Below are positions 35,893-48,800 of a stretch of DNA of 64,000 nt, one piece after another. The stretch covers positions 70,992,001 to 71,056,000 of the forward strand of contig OZ076409.1 of assembly GCA_964187785.1 (NCBI GenBank). The letters are read 5' to 3'. Position 1 is the stretch's first letter. The number at the start of each line of letters is the position of its first letter. A model generated the notes under the pieces. It did not search any database, was not told the origin of the DNA, and saw nothing but the letters and a program-made list of their open reading frames with translations. Made by a program: the position numbers and the translations under genes. This DNA is from Amphiscolops sp. MND2022 (Eukaryota).

Positions 35893-36182
35893 GTAAACCT
35901 AAACTTCAAATATTTATTTTTCCAGTTTTTACTTTCTTTTTTCGCTAAAGTTCTAAATAATTTTCGACCAAAATATGTCTAGCAGAATCAAAATATACAT
36001 TTTAACACAATCTCAAACACAACGTTTAGTGTTATTAACAATTGTTTTCGCAAAAGACATGAACATTAATTTCACCTTGAACTATTATTTTACAACTTGA
36101 GACTAAAACTTACAGTCTTTCTTTTTTTCCCAACGTTATTTTTAAGATGACCGATAATTGACAAATGATAAATATACTTCAG

Positions 36183-36361
36183 ATGCATACAAAGCCTTGC
36201 AGTATAAGTTGCCCGAAACATCTGCCCCAGAAGTCGAAATGCCCGTCATAGCAACTACATCAGGAACAGCTTCGGTTCCAGCAACAGCTCCAGCAACAGC
36301 TCCAGAAACAGCTCCAGCAACAGCTCCACCAGATGAACAAGCAGCTTCGGTTGAAAGATGA
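36183..36361 (+). CDS. Second element gene, predicted exon 2 (Pro/Ala/Thr-rich tail)
   Basis: Acceptor TTCAG|AT at 36182/36183 joins the phase-1 donor in frame with ORF 36158-36361 (..VES|DAYKALQY..), giving 366 aa in total. AATAAA at 36593-36598. Confidence 0.55.
36278..36325 (+). repeat. 12-bp coding tandem repeat (CCAGCAACAGCT)x4, encoding PATA/PETA
   Basis: Read directly; one copy has a single substitution. Confidence 0.85.
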
Positions 36362-36894
36362 AAATCGCATTATCAACTACGAAAAATGCAGAAATCAAGA
36401 GAAGTGACAATGAGCAAAAAACATTTATAGATTTAAAAATCTCGAAACATTTTGATTCAATAATGTTATAATGTGATCATAAAAAGATTGCAGAAAAAAT
36501 AATCTTGAAACCGGTAAAAGATTATAAATATCGTATTGTTATGTTCCTTTAGTTCATATTCTTGAAATAATGTTAATTTCTTATTTTCAAGAAATAAAAA
36601 TTCACTTTTTCGTTCCCACAAGAAACTTGAATAGAGTGTTCATAGAAAAAATACGTATGTTCATAGACTAGTCAATATTTTCAATACAAATATCTGAACT
36701 AGTCAAAATACTAATCTTTTCTTTGCTTTCACTCTGGTATGACATTTGCTAAACGTTTGGTCCTTACAACATACACATGACTAACGTCAACGCCACATAC
36801 TGTTACCAACGCCCACCGTCCGTAGGCATGCCGAGGCATGCCTTTCGACGACGTATGCCAAATACCATAAAACCGACGCGCACTCTCCCGCTAG

Positions 36895-39800
36895 GTGCCG
36901 GGATTTCTATTCGATAAAGTATGTGGCGCGCCTTGGGTAGGGTCCCTTGCGCGCTTTTGGGTATGGTGTTCACCAGCTAGGAAATAGGGGTCGATTTTTC
37001 GGGATCTCCTAAACTAGCCACACGATTTGGCTGAAATTTGGCACACGTACTCCCCTCGGCACGGTGAAGATGATTTCCTACTGACGTTTTTCCCGCAAAA
37101 TTTTTTTTGTTGTCCAAAATAACCGTTTTTGGGGGAAAATTTTGAACTTTTTTCAAATTTCATCTTATATCTCGCCACCGGTTTACGCTAGCGCTTCAAA
37201 ACCCTGCTAAAGAAAGCTTGCAAACTGTCTCAGGAATGCGGTGTGAAATTTTCAGCTCAATCGGACTCAAACTCAGGGAGATATAGCGTTTTTCCGGAGC
37301 GGGGGGGTTTCATTTTTCTAACGGTCCAGCTTATCTTAGCCATTTTTTCGAAAATGTACTTCGCCTAAAGACCTCCCCTGGCCGGTTTTATTCCCAGCAA
37401 AACCATTTGGCCCTAAATACGGAGTTTCAGCGTTCCAGCATTCCCGGGCGAAAAGTTGTGGGACTTAGAAAAGTTCAAAAATTTTCAAAAAAAATTTTTT
37501 CCGTTTTCCGCCCTCCCCCCCTAGGGGAAAAGACCCCCCAACCAGTAATTTGAGTGAATTCATGTGGAAAGGCCATGTTTAGAGGAGAAAAATGCCGTTT
37601 AGATTGTCTTTTTATCTTTATTCAACGTTGACTTATGACGTTTCGAAGGTGATGTTTGGAGGTGTGAAGCACGTGAAAAGTAAACGTTATGAGTATTTAT
37701 CTGATCTGAAAGCCAATGAGATGCAACCTGTTTTGCTCAAAACGTAATTCATATCAGTTTGGTAGTCAATCAACACCCTTTGTTGTCATTTGACATCTTT
37801 TTTTGTTGATATAAGAAAAAATTTCGTGTATTTATTCATTTTTTTCTCATCAAATAACTTGAAACAGTTGAGTACATTCCATCCCCCCTTCACGGGGGAG
37901 ATGAGAATGTACTCGCAAAAAGCCCCGAACTACGGCCCTTACCTTCCTGAGCTACGCAGTATAAAGATTGCATATTGGTTCCGACATTTTGATAGAGTTA
38001 TATCTTGGTAATCTGTCTGGGTATGCAGAAAAATCAGCACGTGCTTTTTTATACCAAGTTGCTCACAACGACGTTTATTTTATATCAACGCCCCCATATT
38101 TATCAACGCCCCCCGTCCGTGGGCATGCCGAGGCATGCCCTTCGACGACGTATACCAAGATATGTTCGAGCGCGTTAGCCTAGGTGCCGGGATTTCCATT
38201 CGATAAGGAATTCTGCGCGTGTGGGTAGGGCCCCTGGCGCGCTCCTGTGTTTTCGGTTTTCCTACTCCTAAATAGACCCCCTGAATTCCGGGATCTCCTA
38301 AACTATCCATACGATTTGGCTGAAATTTGGCACACGTACCCCCCTCGGCACGGTGAAGATGATTTCCTACTGACGTTTTTCCCGCTAAACATTTTTTGTT
38401 GACCAAAATAACGGTTTTTGGGGTAAAATTTTGAACTTTTTTTAAATTTCATCTTATATCTCGCCACGGGTACACGCTAGCGCTTCCAAACCTTGCTGAC
38501 GAAAGTTTGCAAACTGTCTCAGGAATGCTGTGTGAAATTTTCAGCTCAATCGGACTTAAACTCGAGGAGATATAGCGTTTTCCCGGAGCGGGGGGGTTTC
38601 AATTTTCTAACGGTCCAGCTTATCTTTGCCATTTTTTCGAAAATGCACTCGCCTAAAGGCCTCCCCTGGCCGGTTTTATTCCCAACAAAACCATTTGGCC
38701 CTAAATACGGAGTTTCAGCGTTCCAGCATTCCCGGGCGAAAAGTTGTGGGACTTAGAAAAGTTCAAAAATTTTCAAAAAAAATTTTTTCCGTTATTTGGG
38801 CCCTCAAAGTGGGGGAAAAGACCCCCCAACCAGTAAAGCAAGTGAATGCATGTGGAAAGCCCTTGTTTAGACGAGAAAAATGCCGTCTAGAACGTCTTTT
38901 TATCTTAACTTGACATTGACTTTTGTCGTTTTGAAGGTGACCGTTAGATACGGAAAATTGATGTTTTGAGTATTTATCCCATCTGAAAGCCATTGAGATA
39001 CAACATGTTTTGCTCAAAACGTGTTTCATTGCAGTTTCGCTGTCCATTATTACCCTTTGGTGTCTTTTCACGTAATTTTCGTTTCTATAATAACAATTTT
39101 TTTGTGTATTTATTCATTTTATTCTCATCAAATAACTTGAAACAGTTGAGTACATTCCATCTCCCTTCCCGGGGGAGATGAGAATGTACTCGCTAAAGGT
39201 CAGGAACTACGGTCTATATCTTCCACAACACAAATGGGATTGCAAATGGTTTCAGTTTGTCGCAGAAAACTTCTTTTTGCCCTCTGTGACTCGACAAAAT
39301 GAACGTTTCTTACTTACTTTGAAACTCAGCATACCACAACTCATCTCTAACGTCAGCGCCCCCCTACTTGCATCAACGCCCACCGTCCGTGGGCATGCCG
39401 AGGCATGCCCTTCGACGACGTATACCAAGATATACCTGGAGCGCGGTAGCCGCTAGGTGCCGGTGTTTTTTTACACAAAGGGGGATGTTGCGCGTGTGGG
39501 GAGGGTCCCTGACGCGCTCCCGGGATTTCGGATTTTTTAACCTTTACGTACCCATCAAAAATTTTGGGATCTCGAAAACTAGCCGTACGATTTGGCTGAA
39601 ATTTGGCACACGTACCCCCCTCGGCACGGTGAAGATGATTCCCTACTGACGTTTTGCTCGCTAAACATTTTTTGTTGACCAAAATAACGGTTTTTGGGGT
39701 AAAATTTTCAACTTTTTTTAAATTTCATCTTATAACTCGCCACGGGTACACGCTAGCGCTTCCAAACCTTGCTGACGAAAGTTTGCAAACTGTCTCAGGA

Positions 39801-42800
39801 ATGCTGTGTGAAATTTTCAGCTCAATCGGACTTAAACTCGAGGAGATATAGCGGTTTTCCGGAGCGGGGGGGTTTCATTTTTCTAACGGTCCAGCTTATC
39901 TTTGCCAATTTTTCGAAAATGCACTCGCCTAAAGGCCTCCCCTGGCCGGTTTTATTCCCAGCAAAACCATTTGGCCCTAAATACGGAGTTTCAGCGTTCC
40001 AGCATTCCCGGGCGAAAAGTTGTGGGACTTAGAAAAGTTCAAAAATTTTCAAAAAAAATTTTTCCGTTATTTGGGCCCCCAAAGTGGGGGAAAAGACCCC
40101 CCAACCAGTGAAGCAAGTGAATGCATGTGCAAAGCCCTTGTTTAGAGGAGAAAAATGCCGTTTAGAACGTTTTTTTATCTTGGCTCAACGTTGACTTATG
40201 ACGTTTTGAAGGTGATGTTTGGAGGTGTAAAGCACGTGAATAGTAAACGTTATGAGTATTTATCTGATCTGAAAGCCATTGAGATGCAATATGGTTTGCT
40301 CAAAACGTAATTCATGGCAGTTTGGCAATCAATCAACACCCTTTGTTGTCGTTTGACATACTTTTTTGTTGTTATAATAAAAAAATTTTGTGTATTTATT
40401 CATTTTTTTCTCATCAATTAACTTGAAACAGTTGAGTACATTCCATCCCCCCTTTCCGGGGGAGATGAGAATGTACTCGCAAAAAGCACCGAACTACGGC
40501 CCTTACCTTCCCGAGCTACGCAGTATAAGGATTACATATTGGTTCCGACATTTTCATAGAGTTAAATCTTGGTAATCTGTCTGGATATGCAGAAAAATCA
40601 GCACGTGCCTTTTAATACCAAGTTGCTTACAACGACAATTATTTTATATCAACGCCCCCATATTTATCAACGCCCCCCGTCCGTGGGCATGCCGAGGCAT
40701 GCCCTTCGACGACGTATACCAAGATATGCGTTAACGCGTTAGCCTAGGTGCCGGGATTACTATTCGTTCGAGTATGTGGCGCGTGTGGGTAGGGCCCCTG
40801 GCGCGCTCTTTTATTTCGGGTACACCTACTCCAAATTCACGATGTGATTTCGACGATCTCGTAAACTAGCCACACGATTTGGCTGAAATTTGGCACACGT
40901 ACCCCCCTCGGCACGGTGAAGATGATTCCCTACTGACGTTTTTCCCGCTAAACATTTTTTGTTGACCAAAATAACGGTTTTTGGGGTAAAATTTTCAACT
41001 TTTTTTAAATTTTATCTTATATCTCGCCACGGGTACACGCTAGCGCTTCCAAACTTTGCTGACGAAAGTTTGCAAACTGTCTCAGGAATGCTGTGTGAAA
41101 TTTTCAGCTCAATCGGACTTCAACTCGAGGAGATATAGCGTTTTTCCGGAGCGGGGGGGTGTCATTTTTCTAACGGTCCAGCTTATCTTTGCCATTTTTT
41201 CAAAAATGCACTCGCCTAAAGGCCTCCCCTGGCCGGTTTTATTCCCAGCAAAACCATTTGGCCCTAAATACGGAGTTTCAGCGTTCCAGCATTCCTGGGC
41301 GAAAAGTTGTGGGACTTAGAAAAGTTCAAAAATTTTCAAAAAATTTTTTTTCCGTTATTTGGGCCCTCAAAGTGGGGGAAAAGACCCCCCAACCAGTAAA
41401 GCAAGTGAATGCATGTGGAAAGCCCTTGTTTAGACGAGAAAAATGCCGTTTAGAACGTCTTTTTATCTTAACTTGACATTGACTTTTGTCGCTTTGAAGG
41501 TGACCGTTAGATACGGAAAATTGATGTTTTGAGTATTTATCCCATCTGAAAGCCATTGAGATACAACATGTTTTGCTCAAAACGTGTTTCATTGCAGTTT
41601 CGCTGTCCATTATCACCCTTTGGTGTCTTTTCACGTAATTTTCGTTTCTATAATAACAATTTTTTTGTGTATTTATTCATTTTTTTCTCATCAAATAACT
41701 TGAAACAGTTGAGTACATTCCATCTCCCTTCCCGGGGGAGATGAGAATGTACTCGCTAAAGGTCAGGAACTACGGACTATATCTTCCACAACACAAAAGG
41801 GATTGCAAATGGTTTCAGTTTGTCGCAGAAAACTTCTTTTTGCCCTCTGTGACTCGACAAAATGAACGTTTCTTACTTACTTTGAAACTCAGCATACCAC
41901 AACTCATCTCTAACGTCAGCGCCCCCCTACTTGCATCAACGCCCACCGTCCGTGGGCATGCCGAGGCATGCCCTTCGACGACGTATACCAAGATATACCT
42001 GGAGCGCGGTAGCCGCTAGGTGCCGGGATTTCTATTCGTTCGAGTATGTGGCGCGTGTGGGTAGGGCCCCTGGCGCGCTCTTTTATTTCGGGTACACCTA
42101 CTCCAAATTCACGATGTGATTTCGACGATCTCGTAAACTAGCCACACGATTTGGCTGAAATTTGGCACACGTACCCCCCTCGGCACGGTGAAGATGATTC
42201 CCTACTGACGTTTTTCCCGCTAAACATTTTTTGTTGACCAAAATAACGGTTTTTGGGGTAAATTTTTGAACTTTTTTTAAATTTCATCTTATATCTCGCC
42301 ACGAGTACACGCTAGCGCTTCCAAACCTTGCTGACGAAAGTTTGCAAACTGTCTCAGGAATGCTGTGTGAAATTTTCAGCTCAATCGGACTTAAACTCGA
42401 GGAGATATAGCGTTTTTCCGGAGCGGGGGGGTTTCATTTTTCTAACGGTCCAGCTTATCTTTGCCATTTTTTCGAAAATGCACTCGCCTAAAGGCCTCCC
42501 CTGGCCGGTTTTATTCCCAGCAAAACCATTTGGCCCTAAATACGGAGTTTCAGCGTTCCAGCAATCCCGGGCGAAAAGTTGTGGGACTTAGAAAATTTCA
42601 AAAATTTTCAAAAAATTTTTTTCCGTTAATTGGGCCCCCAAAGTGGGGGAAAAGACCCCCCAACCAGTAAAGCAAGTGAATGCATGTGCAAAGCCCTTGT
42701 TTAGAGGAGAAAAATGCCGTTTAGAACGTCTTTTTATCTTGGCTCAACGTTGACTTATGACCTTTTGAAGGTGATGTTTGGAGGTGTAAAGCACGTGAAT

Positions 42801-45800
42801 AGTAAACGTTATGAGTATTTATCTGATCTGAAAGCCATTGAGATGCAATATGGTTTGCTCAAAACGTAATTCATGGCAGTTTGGCAATCAATGAACACCC
42901 TTTGTTGTCGTTTGACATACTTTTCTGTTGTTATAATAAAAAATTTTGTGTATTTATTCATTTTTTCTCATCAAATAACTTGAAACAGTTGAGTACATTC
43001 CATCCCCCCCTTCCGGGGGAGATGAGAATGTACTCGCAAAAAGCACCGAACTACGGCCCTTACCTTCCCGAGCTACGCAGTATAAGGATTACATATTGGT
43101 TCCGACATTTTCATAGAGTTAAATCTTGGTAATCTGTCTGGATATGCAGAAAAATCAGCACGTGCCTTTTAATACCAAGTTGCTAACAACGACAATTATT
43201 TTATATCAACGCCCCCATATTTATCAACGCCCCCCGTCCGTGGGCATGCCGAGGCATGCCCTTCGACGACGTATGCCCAAGATATACCTGGAGCGCGGTA
43301 GCCGCTAGGTGCCGGGATTTCTATTCGATAAAGTATGTGGCGCGTGTGGGTAGGGTCCCTGGCGCGCTCTTGGGTATGGTGTTCACCAGCTAGGAAATAG
43401 GGGTCGATTTTTCGGGATCTCCTAAACTAGCCACACGATTTGGCTGAAATTTGGCACACGTACTCCCCTCGGCACGGTGAAGATGATTTCCTACTGACGT
43501 TTTTCCCGCAAAATTTTTTTTGTTGTCCAAAATAACGGTTTTTGGGGTAAAATTTTGAACTTTTTTAAATTTCATCTTATATCTCGCCACGGGTTTACGC
43601 TAGCGCTTCAAAACCCTTCTAAAGAAAGCTTGCAAACTGTCTCAGGAATGCGGTGTGAAATTTTCAGCTCAATCGGACTCAAACTCGGGGAGATATAGCG
43701 TTTTTCCGGAGCGGGGGGGTTTCATTTTTCTAACGGTCCAGCTTATCTTTGCCATTTTTTCGAAAATGCACTCGCCTAAAGGCCTCCCCTGGCCGGTTTT
43801 ATCCCCAGCAAAACCATTTGGCCCTAAATACGGAGTTGCAACGTTCCAGCATTCCCGGGCGAAAAGTTGTGGGACTTAGAAAAATTCAAAAATTTTCAAA
43901 AAAAATTTTTTCCGTTATTTGGGCCCCCAAAGTGGGGGAAAAGACCCCCCAACCAGTAAAGCAAGTAAATGCATGTGGAAAGCCCTTGTTTAGAGGAGAA
44001 AAATGCCGTTTAGAACGTCTTTTTATCTTGGCTCAACGTTGACTTATGACGTTTTGAAGGTGATGTTTGGAGGTGTAAAGCACGAGAATAGTAAACGTTA
44101 TGAGTATTTATCTGATCTGAAAGCCATTGAGATGCAATATGGTTTGCTCAAAACGTAATTCATTGCAGTTTGGCAGTCAATCATCACCCTTTGTTGTCGT
44201 TTGACATACTTTTTTGTTGTTATAATAAAAAATTTTGTGTATTTATTCATTTTTTTCTCATCAAATAACTTGAAACAGTTGAGTACATTCCATCCCCCCC
44301 CTTCCGGGGGAGATGAGAATGTACTCGCAAAAAGCCCCAAACTACGGCCCTTACCTTCCCGAGCTACGCAGTATAAGGATTACATATTGGTTCCGACATT
44401 TTCATAGAGTTATATCTTGGTAATCTGTCTGGATATGCACAAAAATCAGCACGTGCCTTTTAATACCAAGTTGCTTACAACGACAAATATTTTATATCAA
44501 CGCCCCCATATTTATCAACGCCCCCCGTCCGTGGGCATGCCGAGGCATGCCCTTCGACGACGTATACCAAGATATGCGTTAACGCGTTAGCCTAGGTGGC
44601 CGTGTCTTTTCGACGTGCTTTTGCATTGAGGAGTGGGTAGGGCCCCGCGACGACCTAGAAGAATTGGATGCTCACCGAAACGTGCAGAATTCTACGAGAT
44701 CTCATAGTTTGAGCCATACGATTTTTCTGAAATTTGGCATGTGGCCTGGAATTGGTGAGTAGGTAAAACGTGTAGAAGGTAATTTTTCCCAAATTCCACT
44801 GTGAGAGGAGATATGGGCAAATAACGGACCCAAAAATGGCAAAAATGCACATTTTTCAACTTTGTCAGCCAATATCTCTATTCCAGGTGCCCGTAGCCTT
44901 CCGCACGTGGACATCAATATTGCTCAGCGCTGTTGGAGGAGTGCGTGGACAAATTTTGGTTTAAATCGGACTTAAACTTGACGAGAAATTAACGGTTTTT
45001 TGGGCGTTTCCGGGGTAAATTTTTTAACGGTCCAGCTTATCTTTGCCATTTTTTCAAAAATGTACATGCCTAAAGGCCTCCCCCTGGCCGAATTTTCTCC
45101 CAGCAAACCCATTTGGCCCTAAATACGGAGTTTCAGCGTTCCAGCATTCCGGGGCGGAAAGTTGTGGGACTTGGAAAAATTTCAAAATTTTTTCAAAAAA
45201 TTTTTTTCCCGTTTTCCGGGCCCCCAATGAAGGGGAACGACCCTCCAACCAGTATTTTGAGTGAATTCATGTGGAACGCCCATGTTTGGAGGAGAAAAAT
45301 GCCGTTTAGCACATCTTTTTTATCTTAACTTGACATTGACTTATGACGTTTTGAATGTGATGTTAGGATATATGAAGCATGTTAAAAGTTGAAGTTTTGA
45401 GTCTTTATCTCATCGGAAAACCATTGAGATACAAGCAGTTTTGCTAAAAACGATTTTCATTGTAGGTTAGCAGAGTATTAGTACACTTTGATGTCATTTG
45501 AGTATTTTTTTCTTCTATATAATAACTGTTTTTATGTATTTATTCCAATTTATCTCATCTTTTAACATCAAGCAGTTGAGTACATTTCATCTCCCTTTCG
45601 GGGGAGATGAGAATGTACTCGCTAAAAACCTAATGCTATGGCGCCAATGTTTGGATGGGAAGTTTTCTATGCTTTGAAAAAAGTTATTTTTAATTACTTG
45701 ATTTTTTAAAACAATAATTAACATGAAGTACATTACTTGCTCCTACTACTACCACCATACATCTCTAACGTCAACGCCCCCTGCTTGCATCAACGCCCCA

Positions 45801-48800
45801 TCGTCCGTGGGCATGCCGAGGCATGCCCTTCGACGACGTATGCCAAATGCCCAGTGCCACGCAGTCTTTCCCCGCTAGGTGCCGGGATTTTCTATTCGAC
45901 AAGTTTGCGCGCCTTGGGGAGGGTCCCTTTGCGCGCTTTAAGATCCAGGTGTTTCCAACTCCTAAACGGGCATGTGATTTCGACGATCTCCTAAACTAGC
46001 CATACGATTTGGCTGAAATTTGGCACACGTACCCCCCTCGGCACGGTGAAGATGATTTCCTACTGACGTTTTTCCCGCTAAACATTTTTTGTTGACCAAA
46101 ATAACGGTTTTTGGGGTAAAATTTTTGATTTTTTTTAAATTTCATCTTATATCTCGCCACGGGTACACGCTAGCGCTTCGAAACCTCGCTGACGAAACCT
46201 TGCAAACTGTCTCAGGAATGCTGTGTGAAATTTTCAGCTCAATCGGACCTGAACTCGGGGAGATATAGCGTTTTTCCGGAGCGGGGGGGTTTCATTTTTC
46301 TAACGGTCCAGCTTATCTTTGCCATTTTTTCGAAAATGCACTCGCCTAAAGGCCTCCCCTGGCCGGTTTTATTCCCAACAAAACCATTTGGCCCTAAATA
46401 CGGAGTTTCAGCGTTCCAGCATTCCCGGGCGAAAAGTTGTGGGACTTAGAAAAGTTCAAAAATTTTTTTTAAAAAAATTTTCCGTTATTTGGGCCCTCAA
46501 AGTGGGGGAAAAGACCCCCCAACCAGTAAAGCAAGTGAATGCATGTGGAAAGCCCTTGTTTAGACGAGAAAAATGCCGTTTAGAACGTCTTTTTATCTTA
46601 ACTTGACATTGACTTTTGTCGTTTTGAAGGTGACCGTTAGATACGGAAAATTGATGTTTTGAGTATTTATCCCATCTGAAAGCCATTTAGATACAACATG
46701 TTTTGCTCAAAACGTGTTTCATTGCAGTTTCGCTGTCCAATTATCACCCTTTGGTGTCTTTTCACGTAATTTTCGTTTCTATAATAACAATTTTTTTGTG
46801 TATTTATTCATTTTTTTCTCATCAAATAACTTGAAACAGTTGAGTACATTCCATCTCCCTTCCCGGGGGAGATGAGAATGTACTCGCTAAAGGTCAGGAA
46901 CTACGGTCTATATCTTCCACAACACAAAAGGGATTGCAAATGGTTTCAGTTTGTCGCAGAAAACTTCTTTTTGCCCTCTGTGACTCGACAAAATGAACGT
47001 TTCTTACTTACTTTGAAACTCAGCATACCACAACTCATCTCTAACGTCAGCGCCCCCCTACTTGCATCAACGCCCACCGTCCGTGGGCATGCCGAGGCAT
47101 GCCCTTCGACGACGTATACCAAGATATACCTGGAGCGCGGTAGCCGCTAGGTGCCGGTGTTTTTTTACACAATGGGGAAAGTTGCGCGGTTGGGGAGGGT
47201 CCCTGACGCGCTCCCGGGATTTCGGATTTTTTAACCTTTACGTACCCATCAAAAATTTTGGGATCTCGAAAACTAGCCGTACGATTTGGCTGAAATTTGG
47301 CACACGTACCCCCCTCGGCACGGTGAAGATGATTTCCTACTGACGTTTTTCCCGCTAAACATTTTTTGTTGACCAAAATAACGGTTTTTGGGGTAAAATT
47401 TTCAACTTTTTTTAAATTTCATCTTATATCTCGCCACGGGTACACGCTAGCGCTTCCAAACCTTGCTGACGAAAGTTTGCAAACTGTCTCAGGAATGCTG
47501 TGTGAAATTTTTAGCTCAATCGGACTTAAACTCGAGGAGATATAGCGTTTTTCCGGAGCGGGGGGGTTTCATTTTTCTAACGGTCCAGCTTATCTTTGCC
47601 ATTTTTTCGAAAATGCACTCGCCTAAAGGCCTCCCCTGGCCGGTTTTATTCCCAGCAAAACCATTTGGCCCTAAATACGGAGTTTCAGCGTTCCAGCATT
47701 CCCGGGCGAAAAGTTGTGGGACTTAGAAAATTTCAAAAATTTTCAAAAAAATTTTTTTCCGTTATTTGGGCCCCCAAAGTGGGGGAAAAGACCCCCCAAC
47801 CAGTAAAGCAAGTGAATGCATGTGCAAAGCCCTTGTCTGAACGAGAAAAATGCCGTTTAGAACGTCTTTTTATCTTGGCTCAACGTTGACTTATGACGTT
47901 TTGAAGGTGATGTTTGGAGGTGTAAAGCACGTGAATAGTAAACGTTATGAGTATTTATCTGATCTGAAAGCCATTGAGATACAATATGGTTTGCTCAAAA
48001 CGTATTTCATTGCAGTTTGGCAATCAATACAACACCCTTTGTTGTTGTTTGACATACTTTTTTGTTGTTCTAATAAAAAATTTTGTGTATTTATTCATTT
48101 TTTTCTCATCAAATAACTTGGAACAGTTGAGTACATTCCATCCCCCCCTTCCGGGGGAGATGAGAATGTACTCGCAAAAAGCACCGAACTACGGCCCTTA
48201 CCTTCCCGAGCTACGCAGTATAAGGATTACATATTGGTTCCGACATTTTCATAGAGTTATATCTTGATAATCTGTCTGGATATGCCGAAAAATCAGCACG
48301 TGCCTTTTAATACCAAGTTGCTCACAACGACAATTATTTTATATCAACGCCCCCATATTTATCAACGCCCCCCGTCCGTGGGCATGCCGAGGCATGCCCT
48401 TCGACGACTCGCACCAAAATATGCGTTAGCGCGGTAGCCGCTAGGTGCCGGGATTACTATTCGTTCGAGTATGTGGCGCGTGTGGGTAGGGCCCCTGGCG
48501 CGCTCTTGTGTTTCGGGTTTTCCTACTCCTAAACCGCGTTCAGATTTTCGGGATCTCGTAAACTAGCCATACGATTTGGCTGAAATTTGGCACACGTACC
48601 CCCCTCGGCACGGTGAAGATGATTCCCTACTGACGTTTTGCCCGCTAAACATTTTTTGTTGACCAAAATAACGGTTTTTGGTGGAAAATTTTCAACTTTT
48701 TTTAAATTTCATCTTATATCTCGCCACAGGTTTACGCTAGCGCTTCAAAACCTTGCTGACGAAAGTTTGCAAACTGTCTCGGGAACGCTGTGTGAAATTT

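Larger units (their letters stand above)
24846..36894 (+). mobile_element. Putatively autonomous Helitron-like rolling-circle element, 12,049 bp, one unit of the tandem array
   Basis: Bounded by the same junctions as all other units (CTAG at 24842-24845 and 36891-36894). Carries the 5' stem-loop (24877-24904), the 3' TCAACGCC repeats and the terminal hairpin (36824-36843), and encodes an intact Rep-helicase. The exact boundary within CTAGGTG is ambiguous. Confidence 0.9.
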
